Positions 47,820-57,928 of a stretch of DNA of 64,000 bases are shown in pieces. The position numbers were made by a program, and so were the translations under genes. Numbering within the stretch: the stretch's first letter is position 1; each line of letters begins with the position of its first letter. A model generated the notes under the pieces. That model ran no database searches and was not told where the DNA came from. It saw nothing but the letters and a program-made list of their open reading frames with translations. The stretch comes from a virus. The stretch is from positions 14,650 through 78,649 of the IMG/VR virus record IMGVR_UViG_3300032053_005312, one strand, 5' to 3'.

Positions 47820-48317
47820 ATGGCGCAAGTTACGAAGTACGACGATCAACTGGAAAGCAAGCTGAAAGAAGCCGAATTGCTCCAAGAGCAAATTGGCCTG
47901 TTGCAGCGTGTTCGAGAAATCGAACTGGAAATCACTGGTGGTGTGGTCGCAGTTGCCGCAGTTCCCACTGTGAGGACCACCGCTCCGGTGCAGGCTGCTG
48001 TTGCCGCTCCTACGGGCGAAGTCAAGCGTCGTGGTCGCCCGAAGGGAACGACTAACGCAGCCAAGGCCGCAGGCGTTGCAACCGATGACGGCAAGTCGGT
48101 CGATCTTCCGACACTGTTGGAAACGATTGCCCAACAGGTCAATCGTCCTTTGCTGCTGGCAGATTTCGTCACGCTGGCTCGTGAAGCTGGCTACACGACC
48201 AAGGCCAAGGACTTCAGCAACATGGTCTATCAGTCCGTGCTGAAGCTGGTCAAGAAGGGGCTGTTCAAGAAGAACGAAGAGACTCGTGCATACGAGTACG
48301 TCGGCAAAGCAGCCTAA
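47820..48317 (+). CDS. Nucleoid-associated-like protein (coiled coil, AT-hook, winged-helix-like C-terminus)
   Basis: KRRGRPK; GYTTKAKDFSNMVYQ; strongly biased codons. Confidence 0.65.
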   Translation: MAQVTKYDDQLESKLKEAELLQEQIGLLQRVREIELEITGGVVAVAAVPTVRTTAPVQAAVAAPTGEVKRRGRPKGTTNAAKAAGVATDDGKSVDLPTLLETIAQQVNRPLLLADFVTLAREAGYTTKAKDFSNMVYQSVLKLVKKGLFKKNEETRAYEYVGKAA

Positions 48318-48329
48318 CCGACAACGATG

Positions 48330-48358
48330 AAGGTCCGTGTGTGCGGACCTTTGATTTT
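48330..48358 (+). terminator. Probable terminator
   Basis: aaggtccg-tgtgtg-cggacctt followed by T-rich tail. Confidence 0.6.
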
Positions 48359-48414
48359 GGAGTTTTACTTTACAACCCTACTGAAACAGGGTAACATCCT
48401 CAAGGAGAAGTTTG

Positions 48415-48879
48415 ATGGCTACGACTGAACAACCGAAGGTCAACAAGACCGCTTTCGTTCGCAACGTCCTGAAGGAGATTGGCGCAATCACTGCCACTCC
48501 ACCTGAAGGCTGGCGGCAGAAGGTCGAGGAGGCGCTGGCAAAGCAAAATTTGAACATGCACCAAGTCACCATCTACCAGATTCGTCAGAAGGCAATCAAG
48601 GAAGCGGCTGGCGCTCCTGCCGCCATAGACGATAAGAAAAAACAATTACTTGAAATGGCTCGTCGAGGCGATCCTAAACCTAGTCACATAAAGGGAAAGT
48701 CCAAGGGTCGCCCAAAGGCCCAGGCTACCGCCCCGATTGCTCCGGCTCCGGCTCCTGTCAATGGCAATGCCAATCTGACTGTCGCCGATCTGCAAGCGGT
48801 GCTGGAATTCGCCAAGAAGTTCGGTGGACTGGACGGGCTTACCGAAGCCGTCAGCACCATCAAGTCCTTCAAGAGCTAA
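48415..48879 (+). CDS. Basic DNA-binding-like protein
   Basis: VNKTAFVR..KGRPK..LTVADL..FAKKFGG. Confidence 0.65.
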   Translation: MATTEQPKVNKTAFVRNVLKEIGAITATPPEGWRQKVEEALAKQNLNMHQVTIYQIRQKAIKEAAGAPAAIDDKKKQLLEMARRGDPKPSHIKGKSKGRPKAQATAPIAPAPAPVNGNANLTVADLQAVLEFAKKFGGLDGLTEAVSTIKSFKS

Positions 48880-48966
48880 TTGCAAGCTGGCATGGCATGG
48901 GAAAACACTAAGCGGGTATCCGAGATTCTTTATCGGATGCCCGTTTAGCTTTTATGGAGAAACAAT

Positions 48967-49434
48967 ATGGAAAGTCCATTTTTGTTGCGTATTGTGGGCA
49001 ACAAGATTGCTCCGGTCGCCATGAACCCTAATGTTCCCACACTTAGTTTTTGGTGTGAGCTTCATCGTTCGGCAGGTCAAGATCGCAGCCTTGCCGTAAT
49101 CATGATTCCAGATAACTGGCATGATATGCTGGTTCAAGATGCCCATATGCAAATGGGAGCAATGGTCTTTGCTGCCTCTCAAGCCAAAGACTATTGGAAC
49201 CACAAGTTTGGGCCATTATCCAAAAAAGAAATACATGATCGGGCGTGGTCGTCTGAGGCAGAATTACTTCATTATTTTGCTCGCACCGCTCCTGACTTCA
49301 AAGCCAACGACTACCAGAAGAAGATCATGGAAAAATACCAAAAGGGTATTGAATCCGTAGATGCTCATTATGTTGGTCGTGAATACGATGGTGTTTTCCC
49401 GCCGTTTCCAGTTAATGTCAACTCATTCCGATAG
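48967..49434 (+). CDS. Hypothetical protein
   Basis: SD ggaga. Confidence 0.65.
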   Translation: MESPFLLRIVGNKIAPVAMNPNVPTLSFWCELHRSAGQDRSLAVIMIPDNWHDMLVQDAHMQMGAMVFAASQAKDYWNHKFGPLSKKEIHDRAWSSEAELLHYFARTAPDFKANDYQKKIMEKYQKGIESVDAHYVGREYDGVFPPFPVNVNSFR

Positions 49435-49520
49435 GTAAAAAAATGGCTGTTCGCCGTCCCGAATTCATGGATTGACGAAATCGTGGCGTATTACGTTTTG
49501 GACAAACCAGGCGTTTTCGT

Positions 49521-50111
49521 TTATAGTCCCTTGGTGGACTCCATTAAAGCTCGTACATTATCTTTGCAGAAGCCAAACTCTTGTCGTTCGATAAACTCGT
49601 AAATCACACCTGTCAATTCAGATGGCTTTGTGAACACCTGGGTTAAGCCGGGACACTTCATGGGTTCCTTCGACGTGAACTCAGCGTATCCTGCCGCTTG
49701 CCATTGTTTCATTATGTTCTCGACACTTTCAACTTGGTAGGCGATATGGTGAATGCCGCCTACTCCATTGCGGGCCGCAACCCAATTTGCGACAATGGAC
49801 CCAGCCGTGCCATCACTCACGAAGATTTCTGGCGGCAGATGATATTCCTGTAGCACTTCTCCAGCAGGCAAGTAGTTTACTTCCTGAACGGTCCAGTGTA
49901 CGCCACTGTTTTTCTTTTCTGGTGGCTCCAGTGCAATGCACTGCGCTGTTTGACCATCACCGAAGTCGATGGTAAATTCTTGTTGGACATGATAACCCAG
50001 GGAATTCATAAAGAAATTCGCTGATTGATGTCTATCTTTCACTCTATAAGCAATATGGTCGAGTCTAATGGGAGTCTCCTTTGTGTGAAACAATTGCTTT
50101 ACACATTTCAA
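49521..50111 (-). CDS. VOC/glyoxalase family protein (HPPD-like)
   Basis: LDHIAYRV, GGIHHIAYQV, LTQVFTK, YEFIER..GFC..NVRALMES. Confidence 0.8.
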   Translation of the reverse strand: MKCVKQLFHTKETPIRLDHIAYRVKDRHQSANFFMNSLGYHVQQEFTIDFGDGQTAQCIALEPPEKKNSGVHWTVQEVNYLPAGEVLQEYHLPPEIFVSDGTAGSIVANWVAARNGVGGIHHIAYQVESVENIMKQWQAAGYAEFTSKEPMKCPGLTQVFTKPSELTGVIYEFIERQEFGFCKDNVRALMESTKGL

Positions 50112-50184
50112 GTAAGTATTGTTCTGAAAAAAATTGCGGTATTATTGAAGAGGACTTGATCTACTTAACAATGGGGTATAAATC

Positions 50185-50952
50185 ATGGTTAGTGGTCCCA
50201 CATTTATAGAAAGGGTCTTTTCTTTTCCCAAAGAAATACAACAAGAATTGTGTGTGGCTCATACATATAAACCCGTGCCTAAAGACATTCTAATTGTTAC
50301 TCATAATCAGTTTGAGCATCTTCAACAGTGCGTGCAGTCGATTCGAGATAACACCGAAGATTATCAGATTTATGTGTGGGACAATGGCTCGCAAGAAGAC
50401 ATGCGGTCTTGGTTGGCTTCCCAGCCTGATATTATTGTGACTCGAAGTGAAACAAACCTTGGCTTTATCATTCCGAACAATCGCTTGATTGCCCAAGGTG
50501 AAAATCCGTTCGTCATCCTTTTGAATGACGACACGTTGGTATATCCAGGTTGGGATAAAGCCATGATAGCACATTTGCAAAACGGCATAGCGTCCCAAGT
50601 TGGATATGTTGGCGGTTGGCTTGATGGTGATGCAAAAGGCTCGAAGTTTGGGTGGGGCGGCTCGATGGACTATATCCCAGGTTGGTGTTTTGCTATAAGC
50701 CGTGAAACATATCAAGAATTTGGCCTGTTTGATGAAACACTGGTTTTTGCGTACTGCGAAGACGCCGATTTCTCTATGAGGCTGACCAAGGCGGGAAAGC
50801 AAATCGCTGCTTTACATCTTGGCCTTGTGCATCATTTTGAGAACCAAACTATCAAGAATTCGATTGGTTTCCATGACTGTTGTACCAGTTTTGCAGGCAA
50901 TCACGCAGTTCTGAAAACACGTTGGGGAGATCGCATTTCCACAAGTCGTTGA
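50185..50952 (+). CDS. Glycosyltransferase family 2
   Basis: WDNGS, NLGF, LLNDD, GLFDE..YCEDADF. Confidence 0.88.
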   Translation: MVSGPTFIERVFSFPKEIQQELCVAHTYKPVPKDILIVTHNQFEHLQQCVQSIRDNTEDYQIYVWDNGSQEDMRSWLASQPDIIVTRSETNLGFIIPNNRLIAQGENPFVILLNDDTLVYPGWDKAMIAHLQNGIASQVGYVGGWLDGDAKGSKFGWGGSMDYIPGWCFAISRETYQEFGLFDETLVFAYCEDADFSMRLTKAGKQIAALHLGLVHHFENQTIKNSIGFHDCCTSFAGNHAVLKTRWGDRISTSR

Positions 50953-51073
50953 TGTAAAACGACTTGTGGCAAAAACGCTGGGAACAAGTTCGATTTACAC
51001 GCCGCAATAACTGCGGTAGAATGAACTTAGGAAATTACAACAGCCGCTTTAGATCATTGAAGGGGAAGAATTT

Positions 51074-52381
51074 ATGGCAAAGAGGACGACGACAAACACT
51101 CCGTTGTGTGACTACTGTGGAAAAACCAGTAAGGAAGCGGGACTTTTGGTGGAAAGCCCTGTCGCCGACCGTGAGCAAAACGGTCGCCCGGCTGGGTCAC
51201 GGGTATTTATCTGTGCCGCTTGTGTTGAGCTATGCCAGACGATGGTGAAGCAGAAGAATCAAAAGAAGAGTGCTGGGGTGTCCTTGCCGAAGGAAGTTCC
51301 TACCCCACGAGAGATCGTTGGGTATTTGGACCAATATATCATTGGGCAAGAGCGAGCCAAGCGAACATTGGCGGTGGCTGTATCGAATCACTATAAGCGT
51401 TTACGAGATGATGCTGCTCGACTGGAAGAAATTGATATCACCGATGATCTGGCTGAAACCACCATCGAAAAGAGCAATATTCTTCTGATCGGTCCCACGG
51501 GATCAGGCAAAACATTGCTTGCCAAGACGCTGGCAAAGATTCTTCAGGTTCCGTTTGCCATCGGTGACGCCACGACGTTGACGGAAGCTGGCTACGTTGG
51601 AGAAGACGTGGAGAACTTGGTGTTGAAACTGCTTCGAGAAGCAGATTTCGATGTCGAAGTGGCTCAAACTGGCATCATTTACCTCGATGAAGTGGACAAG
51701 ATCGGAAAGACGAGCCAGAATGTAAGCATCACTCGTGATGTATCTGGCGAGGGTGTGCAGCAAGCGTTGCTGAAGATGCTTGAAGGAACGACCTGTAACG
51801 TCCCACCGACTGGTGGTCGCAAGCACCCGGAGCAGCAGTACATTCAGGTCGATACGACCAATATCTTGTTTATTGTTGGAGGCACGTTTGTTGGCCTCGA
51901 AGACATTATCAACAAGCGTATTGGGCGAAAGTCCATTGGCTTCGGCGCTGGGCGTGAGGCACAGGAAGCTGAAACAGAATGGATTCTGGAGCATGTGACT
52001 GAAGACGACTTGGTTCATTTCGGGTTGATTCCCGAACTGATTGGTCGATTGCCGGTTATCACCCCTCTGAAGGCCCTTGATGAAGATGCTCTGGTTCAAG
52101 TATTGACTGAGCCGAAGGATGCTTTGGTGAAGCAATACAAGAAGCTGTTCCGATACGACAAGGTGGGTTTGGAGTTCACACCTGAAGCACTGAAGGAGAT
52201 CGCCAAGACCGCTGCAAAGAAGGGTACTGGCGCTCGTGGGCTTCGCAGTGTCATCGAGAGCTTCATTACTGAAGTGATGTTTGATCTGCCAGAACATGGT
52301 GGCAAAGTTGTAACGATCACCGACAAGATCGTTCGTGGAGAAGAAACAGTCGCATTCCCCACGAGCAATAAGGCGGCATGA
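51074..52381 (+). CDS. clpX: ATP-dependent Clp protease ATPase ClpX
   Basis: Zn finger, [40 protein letters not shown] loop, GARGLR. Confidence 0.97.
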   Translation: MAKRTTTNTPLCDYCGKTSKEAGLLVESPVADREQNGRPAGSRVFICAACVELCQTMVKQKNQKKSAGVSLPKEVPTPREIVGYLDQYIIGQERAKRTLAVAVSNHYKRLRDDAARLEEIDITDDLAETTIEKSNILLIGPTGSGKTLLAKTLAKILQVPFAIGDATTLTEAGYVGEDVENLVLKLLREADFDVEVAQTGIIYLDEVDKIGKTSQNVSITRDVSGEGVQQALLKMLEGTTCNVPPTGGRKHPEQQYIQVDTTNILFIVGGTFVGLEDIINKRIGRKSIGFGAGREAQEAETEWILEHVTEDDLVHFGLIPELIGRLPVITPLKALDEDALVQVLTEPKDALVKQYKKLFRYDKVGLEFTPEALKEIAKTAAKKGTGARGLRSVIESFITEVMFDLPEHGGKVVTITDKIVRGEETVAFPTSNKAA

Positions 52382-52443
52382 CACTCATTTAAGTTAGGGG
52401 ATGGATTGTCCGTCCCCTAATATTGCAGACAGAGAAGGCAACA

Positions 52444-53094
52444 ATGACAAAACCATATCTCCGACTGATCGGGGACGTTCACGGCAAGATGGAAGAGTAT
52501 ATTTTTCTGGCAGAACAGGCAGAAAATACTATCCAGCTTGGCGACTTGGGGTTTTCGTATAACGCTCTGGCGAAGTTCTTGGACCCGATTAAGCATCGGG
52601 TTCTAGGTGGAAATCATGACAACTATGAAGTGTTGGATAGTCGCTTTCATAAGCAGCCACCGCACTTCTTGGGCGATTATGGGGTGCATAACATCCCTGG
52701 TATCGGTGATTTCTTTTTCGTCCGAGGCGGTCACAGCATTGACAAAGCACAGCGAACCGAAGGCTACGATTGGTGGCCCGGTGAGCAGCTTTCTTATGTT
52801 GATGCTGCAAAAGCACTAGAAGAATACACCAAGGTCCGACCAGCGTTGATGTTGTCCCATGAATGCCCAACCAGCATCATTGATATGATTGCCGGTTTTA
52901 AGACATGGGACGGCGAGCCAATTCGCCCTAGCATGACAGCTAATGTCCTTGAACAAATGTTTGAGGAACACAAGCCGTTATTGTGGGTGTTTGGGCATCA
53001 TCACAAGGTCTTTGATATGGTTGTCGAAGGCACACGGTTCGTTTGTTTGCCTGAACTGGCTTGTCTCGATTTTGATCGTAAAGAGGCCAAATGA
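52444..53094 (+). CDS. Calcineurin-like metallophosphoesterase
   Basis: GDVHG, GDLG, GNHD, SHECP, FGHHH. Confidence 0.88.
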   Translation: MTKPYLRLIGDVHGKMEEYIFLAEQAENTIQLGDLGFSYNALAKFLDPIKHRVLGGNHDNYEVLDSRFHKQPPHFLGDYGVHNIPGIGDFFFVRGGHSIDKAQRTEGYDWWPGEQLSYVDAAKALEEYTKVRPALMLSHECPTSIIDMIAGFKTWDGEPIRPSMTANVLEQMFEEHKPLLWVFGHHHKVFDMVVEGTRFVCLPELACLDFDRKEAK

Positions 53095-53687
53095 GTTACG
53101 TTGTAGCAACATACATGAATCTTGATGCCTGGAATAAAACAGGTGTCAATTGGCTACGAAAAGCCAAATCAGCAGGACTGACTGGCTTTATCGTAGGTGA
53201 TAATCTACCGACCGATGCTGAGTTAAAGGCAAAAGAATTGGGATTCAAAGTGGTCCCTGTGATTGTCAAGTTCGGCGACGAACGTGACCAATATCGAACG
53301 GTAGCAGAAACGATACAGAAAGGTCAGCGGTGCCTTTTTGTAAATTCCAATATTAACCCGAAGGGAGGCATATCAGAAGCAAGAGAAATTACATGCAACC
53401 AAGACGAGTCTCTTGAATTGCTCGAAATGGTATCTCTGATTAGGAATTTACATGACCGGGCTAAAGCGGTCGTTCAAATTCGAGAGAAGATCATTGACGT
53501 GCATAAAGGCTTACTCTCAACAAATAGCGTTTTAGGAACGTGGGATTTTTGGAATAGCCTTAGCGCATTCCACGATTACCTGCAAGAAAAAAACTACCTT
53601 GATCGACGGGCTTCATATAACGAGTTGGTATTCAACCTGTATGTCGCCTTAGCAGAGTCGATTTCCCTGGAGGTCTGTCATGATTAG
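53091..53687 (+). CDS. Hypothetical protein
   Basis: Coupled ORF. Confidence 0.65.
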   Translation: MSYVVATYMNLDAWNKTGVNWLRKAKSAGLTGFIVGDNLPTDAELKAKELGFKVVPVIVKFGDERDQYRTVAETIQKGQRCLFVNSNINPKGGISEAREITCNQDESLELLEMVSLIRNLHDRAKAVVQIREKIIDVHKGLLSTNSVLGTWDFWNSLSAFHDYLQEKNYLDRRASYNELVFNLYVALAESISLEVCHD

Positions 53688-53916
53688 CGCACCACGGAAT
53701 ATTCCGTATTTTTATAACCGTGCATCAGTAGTTCAGTTGAGCCGACTACGAAAGACTTTTCGGCACTTTGGCGTCAATAGCCATCATACCCTTGTGGGTG
53801 AAAGTCTGCTCAGGCTTGGCAAATACGTCACAGAAAGCGCCGTCTGTCAACTGCCAATTGATGCCCCTGGCAAGGCCCTGTTCCGCATGTACAAGTATTA
53901 CGATTCTCTCGAATAG
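53680..53916 (+). CDS. Hypothetical protein
   Basis: SD ggagg; followed by terminator. Confidence 0.55.
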   Translation: MISAPRNIPYFYNRASVVQLSRLRKTFRHFGVNSHHTLVGESLLRLGKYVTESAVCQLPIDAPGKALFRMYKYYDSLE

Positions 53917-53942
53917 ACGTTTTTTCAATTCGATATTCTTCT

Positions 53943-53983
53943 GACCGCCCGGCGAAATACTTTCGTCAGGGCGGTTTTCTTTT
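53943..53983 (+). terminator. Rho-independent terminator
   Basis: gaccgccc..gggcggtt followed by T-run. Confidence 0.7.
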
Positions 53984-54037
53984 GTCATTTCTGGACTTTC
54001 CTCGCTACTTTTTCGTATATGGTAGCTAGATATAAGA

Positions 54038-54601
54038 ATGGAAAAGAAAACATGCTGTCAATGTGAATGTGAGAAACCTGTTTCTGAGTTTACTAAGCGA
54101 GGCGATAAGCCTGGGAGTTGGTGTAAAGTTTGTTACAACTCTTACAAAAGGGCTAACGGGTATAATTCTTACTCAGAGCGGAAGGAATATCTTGCCGCTG
54201 CACAAAGAAAAAATAGAAAAACACAAAATCATAAGCGTTGGGAAAGTGACTATCGAAAAAAGTATGGTTCAACTTTTTCTGGCATGGTTACTAGCTTATT
54301 GTGTAATGCCAAAGATAGGGCAAAGAAAAATGAGTTGGAAATAGATTTAGACAGAACTTGGATTGAACAACATTTGCATCCTCTTATATGCGAGGCTACC
54401 GGCGTAGAATTTACTATGGAGAGGCAATCTGGTGTGTCTCATTCGCCTTTTCGTCCGTCGATAGATAGAATCGACAACAAGAAAGGTTACATTAAAGATA
54501 ATTGCAGAATTGTTTGTGTTATTTACAACAAAGCCAAATCAGACTATAGCGAACTCGACGTAGTTAAAATGGCAAAAGGATTAGTCAAAAAATGCACTTA
54601 A
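54038..54601 (+). mobile_element. HNH-type homing endonuclease
   Basis: CxxC..EKP..CKVC; CEATG; PSIDRIDNKKGYIKDNCRIVC..YN..K; AT-rich. Confidence 0.8.
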
Positions 54602-55017
54602 TATTTGTTTACGGAACTTTGAAAAAAGGTTTTGTCCGTCATAATGCCATTCGCAATCAGCGTTATATTGGCATTGCACGAACAGAGCCTAAGTATGGCA
54701 TGTTTGGCTATGGTGGGTATCCGGCCCTGGTGGATGAAACATTGGCAGAGGTGTCTGGCATAACCGCCAAAACTCGCATATTTGGCGAACTATATGAAGT
54801 CGATGATGCGTGTATGCAGGAACTCGATAAGATTGAAGGAACGGATCGAGGTTTATTCGAGCGACGTGATATTGCCTTGGGTGAAATCACGATGACGACT
54901 CTTCCAAGTGACGAGGCTGTTTGGGGTGGTTTGACTCGTAAAGTTGCCCAAGCATACTTCTTCAAAAAGAAGCTGGCTGGTGCCGGAGATTGCGGTCCTC
55001 TTTGGGTCCAGAAGTAA
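54592..55017 (+). CDS. Gamma-glutamylcyclotransferase (AIG2-like)
   Basis: IFVYGTLKKG, YPALV, GELYEVD..LDKIEG. Confidence 0.88.
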   Translation: MHLIFVYGTLKKGFVRHNAIRNQRYIGIARTEPKYGMFGYGGYPALVDETLAEVSGITAKTRIFGELYEVDDACMQELDKIEGTDRGLFERRDIALGEITMTTLPSDEAVWGGLTRKVAQAYFFKKKLAGAGDCGPLWVQK

Positions 55018-55029
55018 ATTAGACTCTGA

Positions 55030-55058
55030 TTTACAGCCCACAATTTTTGTGGTAGAAT
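55030..55058 (+). promoter_or_regulatory. sigma70-type promoter giving a likely leaderless mRNA
   Basis: TTTACA-N17-TAGAAT, ATG 5 nt downstream. Confidence 0.7.
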
Positions 55059-55063
55059 CCGTC

Positions 55064-55648
55064 ATGAAGACTACAGAGGCGGTTCTACAAGGGCTGTTGA
55101 AATATGCCCGCCCTGAAATCCTAAAGGAATTCAGGGCGGATTCATGTATCGCATCCACTGCCGTAGGGCTTGATATTCTCATGCACTACGGCATTCTTGC
55201 TGAACCTTTTCCCGTTCGCACGTTAATCTTCAACGAACCTTTTACAAGCCGTCTTGAAAATGGCCAAGGTTGGCCTACCGGACAACAAGTTCGAGTCTGG
55301 ACAGAAGAGGATGGTTCTTACAGCGTTGGCATTGGCGTTGGAACTCAACAGCCCAATAAGTGGGCGGGGTATTTGGCTATATTGGTTGAGAAGCGATTAC
55401 TTCTGGACCTTTCAATTGACCAAGCGACTCGTCCTCAGTATAACATGATGTTAGAGCCATTGTGTGTTGAAATAGATGAACAATTTATTTCTGGTTCTCC
55501 GAAAGTATTCAAAGCTGGACAATGCGTAGTCCGAGTTGATGCTTTGCTTGGCAATGAAGGATATACTTCCTCACCAGATTGGTTATTTGCTGGACGTAGA
55601 CGGAAGATAGTCGCTAACACCTTACGACTCATTCAGGGAGAATTGTAA
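55064..55648 (+). CDS. Hypothetical protein
   Basis: SCIAS..WAGYL..LLDLSIDQA.RP. Confidence 0.7.
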   Translation: MKTTEAVLQGLLKYARPEILKEFRADSCIASTAVGLDILMHYGILAEPFPVRTLIFNEPFTSRLENGQGWPTGQQVRVWTEEDGSYSVGIGVGTQQPNKWAGYLAILVEKRLLLDLSIDQATRPQYNMMLEPLCVEIDEQFISGSPKVFKAGQCVVRVDALLGNEGYTSSPDWLFAGRRRKIVANTLRLIQGEL

Positions 55649-56067
55649 TGGAGCCGATTTATGTTTGGTCTTTGATGGGAACGGCCATTACCGTACTCGC
55701 CGCAGCCTGCATCTATCTTGGTCGGTTGGTTCGGTCCCAACGACACAAACTCAAGACATTCACTACTGCTCGTAAGCAGTCGATGATGGATGATCTTGAA
55801 CTCGCCACCAGCGATCAATTGCTGGGTGAATTGCGAAAGCGTCCTGGTGCGCCTTACTTGATGTTGTCGCCCATTCAGGGCGAAGACCATCATGGCCTCA
55901 GTATTGAGATTCACAATATTCCTCCAGTCCCATGTCTTCAGATGTTGCACATGGCAACTAGCTTGACGTTCCATGAACTAAAGAAGCGTGGTGTTGAAAT
56001 ACCTGACTTTCCAGGTGGCCCGGACCAAGAATGCGAAGAAGGTGAAGAGTGGAAGCAGGATTTTTAA
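55648..56067 (+). CDS. Hypothetical membrane protein
   Basis: N-terminal TM helix. Confidence 0.7.
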   Translation: MEPIYVWSLMGTAITVLAAACIYLGRLVRSQRHKLKTFTTARKQSMMDDLELATSDQLLGELRKRPGAPYLMLSPIQGEDHHGLSIEIHNIPPVPCLQMLHMATSLTFHELKKRGVEIPDFPGGPDQECEEGEEWKQDF

Positions 56068-56081
56068 GGAAAGGAAAGGCA

Positions 56082-56753
56082 ATGGTGTCACGGAAAGACC
56101 TTCTTGATAGAGCTTCTGAAGTAACAGAACTTGCGAAATGGTGGGCCACACGCCGCAATTGGAGATACCATCAGATTCGTAAGTTAGGGTCAATGGAAGA
56201 CTTCACGAATGATGTTTGGGTTGGTCTTCTCAAAAATTTTTCGGACCCTGATAAGAATGTTGAAGTCAGTTTTTCAACAGTTGTCGTGAAGCACTGCGAG
56301 TGGCAACTATGTTCATCTGCTCGAATGGGAACAATTGCTTCACGAAGTTTCAGGGAAAAATTAAGGCAAGCTGAGTCTGTACAGGCCGACAATATCGTTA
56401 CTGATGACAGTGAAATAATCGCACAATGTGACGACAAAGCGTTGAAGCAATCAATTGCAAAATTGATGCTATCTTTGACGTGGAGAGAAGCCGCAGTTAT
56501 TCGTGCTAGATTTGGTCTTTTTGGTGATGATAGCTTAACGCTAGAAGCCATTGGCAAAATACTGAATGTTTCGAGAGAAAGAGTCCGATCTATTGAAAGT
56601 AAAGCCTTGGGAAAAATTCAAAATTGTTTTAATCGGTCAATAAAGCTATTGCCTTTTTTTGATGAAATTTGCAGAGAAGCAGAACAAGAAAAAAACCAGG
56701 AAAAGCGAAATCTACTTTACCGTAATATATTTTTACATGGAAGAAGCGAGTGA
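56082..56753 (+). CDS. Sigma70 region-4-containing factor (divergent sigma)
   Basis: LTWREAAVIRARFGL..TLEAIGKILNVSRERVRSIESKALGKI; degenerate region 2. Confidence 0.8.
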   Translation: MVSRKDLLDRASEVTELAKWWATRRNWRYHQIRKLGSMEDFTNDVWVGLLKNFSDPDKNVEVSFSTVVVKHCEWQLCSSARMGTIASRSFREKLRQAESVQADNIVTDDSEIIAQCDDKALKQSIAKLMLSLTWREAAVIRARFGLFGDDSLTLEAIGKILNVSRERVRSIESKALGKIQNCFNRSIKLLPFFDEICREAEQEKNQEKRNLLYRNIFLHGRSE

Positions 56754-56756
56754 GTA

Positions 56757-57002
56757 ATGGATGTAGAACAAAAAGTAAAACAAACGATTTGTGATTGTTT
56801 GTGCGTCGAGTTGGACGCCATAGAGGACAATTCAATTAGGTTAAGCGATTTAGAAGCAGACTCGCTTGACTTGCTTGACCTTGATTTTCAACTCGATAAG
56901 CAATTTGACGGCAAGTTGATTAACGAAATGACTGTCTCTTTGGAGACGACAATTCAAGACGTAATCAACTTTGTCAGGACGGAGATCGGGCCGGTAGCCT
57001 AG
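56757..57002 (+). CDS. acpP: Acyl carrier protein
   Basis: DLEADSLDLLDL phosphopantetheine site; TIQDVINFV. Confidence 0.82.
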   Translation: MDVEQKVKQTICDCLCVELDAIEDNSIRLSDLEADSLDLLDLDFQLDKQFDGKLINEMTVSLETTIQDVINFVRTEIGPVA

Positions 57003-57116
57003 TGACTAAAGCGACGGGACTGTAGCTCAGTGGTAGAGCAAGGAACTCATAATTCCGTGGTCGCTGGTTCGATCCCAGCCAGTCCCATATAATGGGTTTT
57101 AGTCCCACCCGGCCCA
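56988..57116 (+). ncRNA. Outer tRNA-like shell enclosing a complete tRNA
   Basis: gggccgg/ccggccc+A, ta-gcct-agtgacta-aagc D-like arm, tggg-ttttagt-ccca T-like arm. Confidence 0.6.
57016..57087 (+). tRNA. tRNA with CAT anticodon (Ile2-like body; elongator Met not excluded)
   Basis: gggactg/cagtccc+A; aggaa-ctCATaa-ttccg; gctgg-ttcgatc-ccagc. Confidence 0.9.
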
Positions 57117-57143
57117 GGATTTCTGAGTGGAGCAAGAAACCAG

Positions 57144-57500
57144 ATGGCGATTAAAGAAGATGTTCTTGGCTACTTGCAAGTTTTGAACTCACCAGAGGTC
57201 TTGGCACACCTCACTGCTGAAGAACATCGGATTTGTCGTGCCAACCTTCTCGGCTGCTTCTCCAGGCTCATGGAAGTCTTGGAGAAGGACGTGATGAATA
57301 CCGATCATCGTGTCATGTATATGCGAATTCAACATCGGGAATATTTGAACGCCTATAGGATGCTACCAGTTGGTCATCCTGAGCTTGTTGCCGCTACTGA
57401 AGAAACCGCCTCGATGCTCTTTGAGTATCTGAGAGGCAGCTATCTCAGCCCGGACGAGGCCCTCACCAAAATATTGGAAAATCAAAAATGCGAGCGCTGA
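57144..57500 (+). CDS. Hypothetical protein
   Basis: ORF in co-directional run. Confidence 0.65.
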   Translation: MAIKEDVLGYLQVLNSPEVLAHLTAEEHRICRANLLGCFSRLMEVLEKDVMNTDHRVMYMRIQHREYLNAYRMLPVGHPELVAATEETASMLFEYLRGSYLSPDEALTKILENQKCER

Positions 57501-57865
57501 TAATTGACGAAACGGCAAAAGCCGCCATTGCTGCCGTCTGTGAATACGCAGATGAAAATCGTATCGACTTCAAGGAAATTCAGGCTAGGGTCGCCATCCC
57601 TGATGGATATTCGCCAATTGGCGATGATCCAAATCATTGTTGTTATTTGGTTGATGGCTTCAAGTGCGTTTTCAGCGTTGAAGAACAGCCTTGCGGCTGG
57701 ACTCGACACCTTTCAATATCGGTAGCGGCTATTGATAAAATGCCGCATATCGAAGCAGTCAAACTACTTATGCCTGAATTTGGCATCGAGAAGCCTCTGG
57801 ATGAATGTCACATCTATATCGAGGAATCGGTTCCGAAGTCAATCAATATTATTTGTACGATATAG
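57488..57865 (+). CDS. Hypothetical protein
   Basis: VFSVEEQPCGWTRHLSISV..PH. Confidence 0.7.
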   Translation: MRALIIDETAKAAIAAVCEYADENRIDFKEIQARVAIPDGYSPIGDDPNHCCYLVDGFKCVFSVEEQPCGWTRHLSISVAAIDKMPHIEAVKLLMPEFGIEKPLDECHIYIEESVPKSINIICTI

Positions 57866-57928
57866 TCTGGATCGAGCTTTGCAGCCCGGATATAATCCAC
57901 CCTATCATCCCGATAGGAGGTATATCCA

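Noticed and set aside
47580-48134. N-terminal extension of the minus-strand CsrA ORF
   Set aside because: Homology and SD place the start at 47579; the extension overlaps a real plus-strand gene
51503-52384. Long antisense ORFs (also 12338-13027, 41673-42558, 62178-63266)
   Set aside because: Shadows of well-supported plus-strand genes with no motifs of their own
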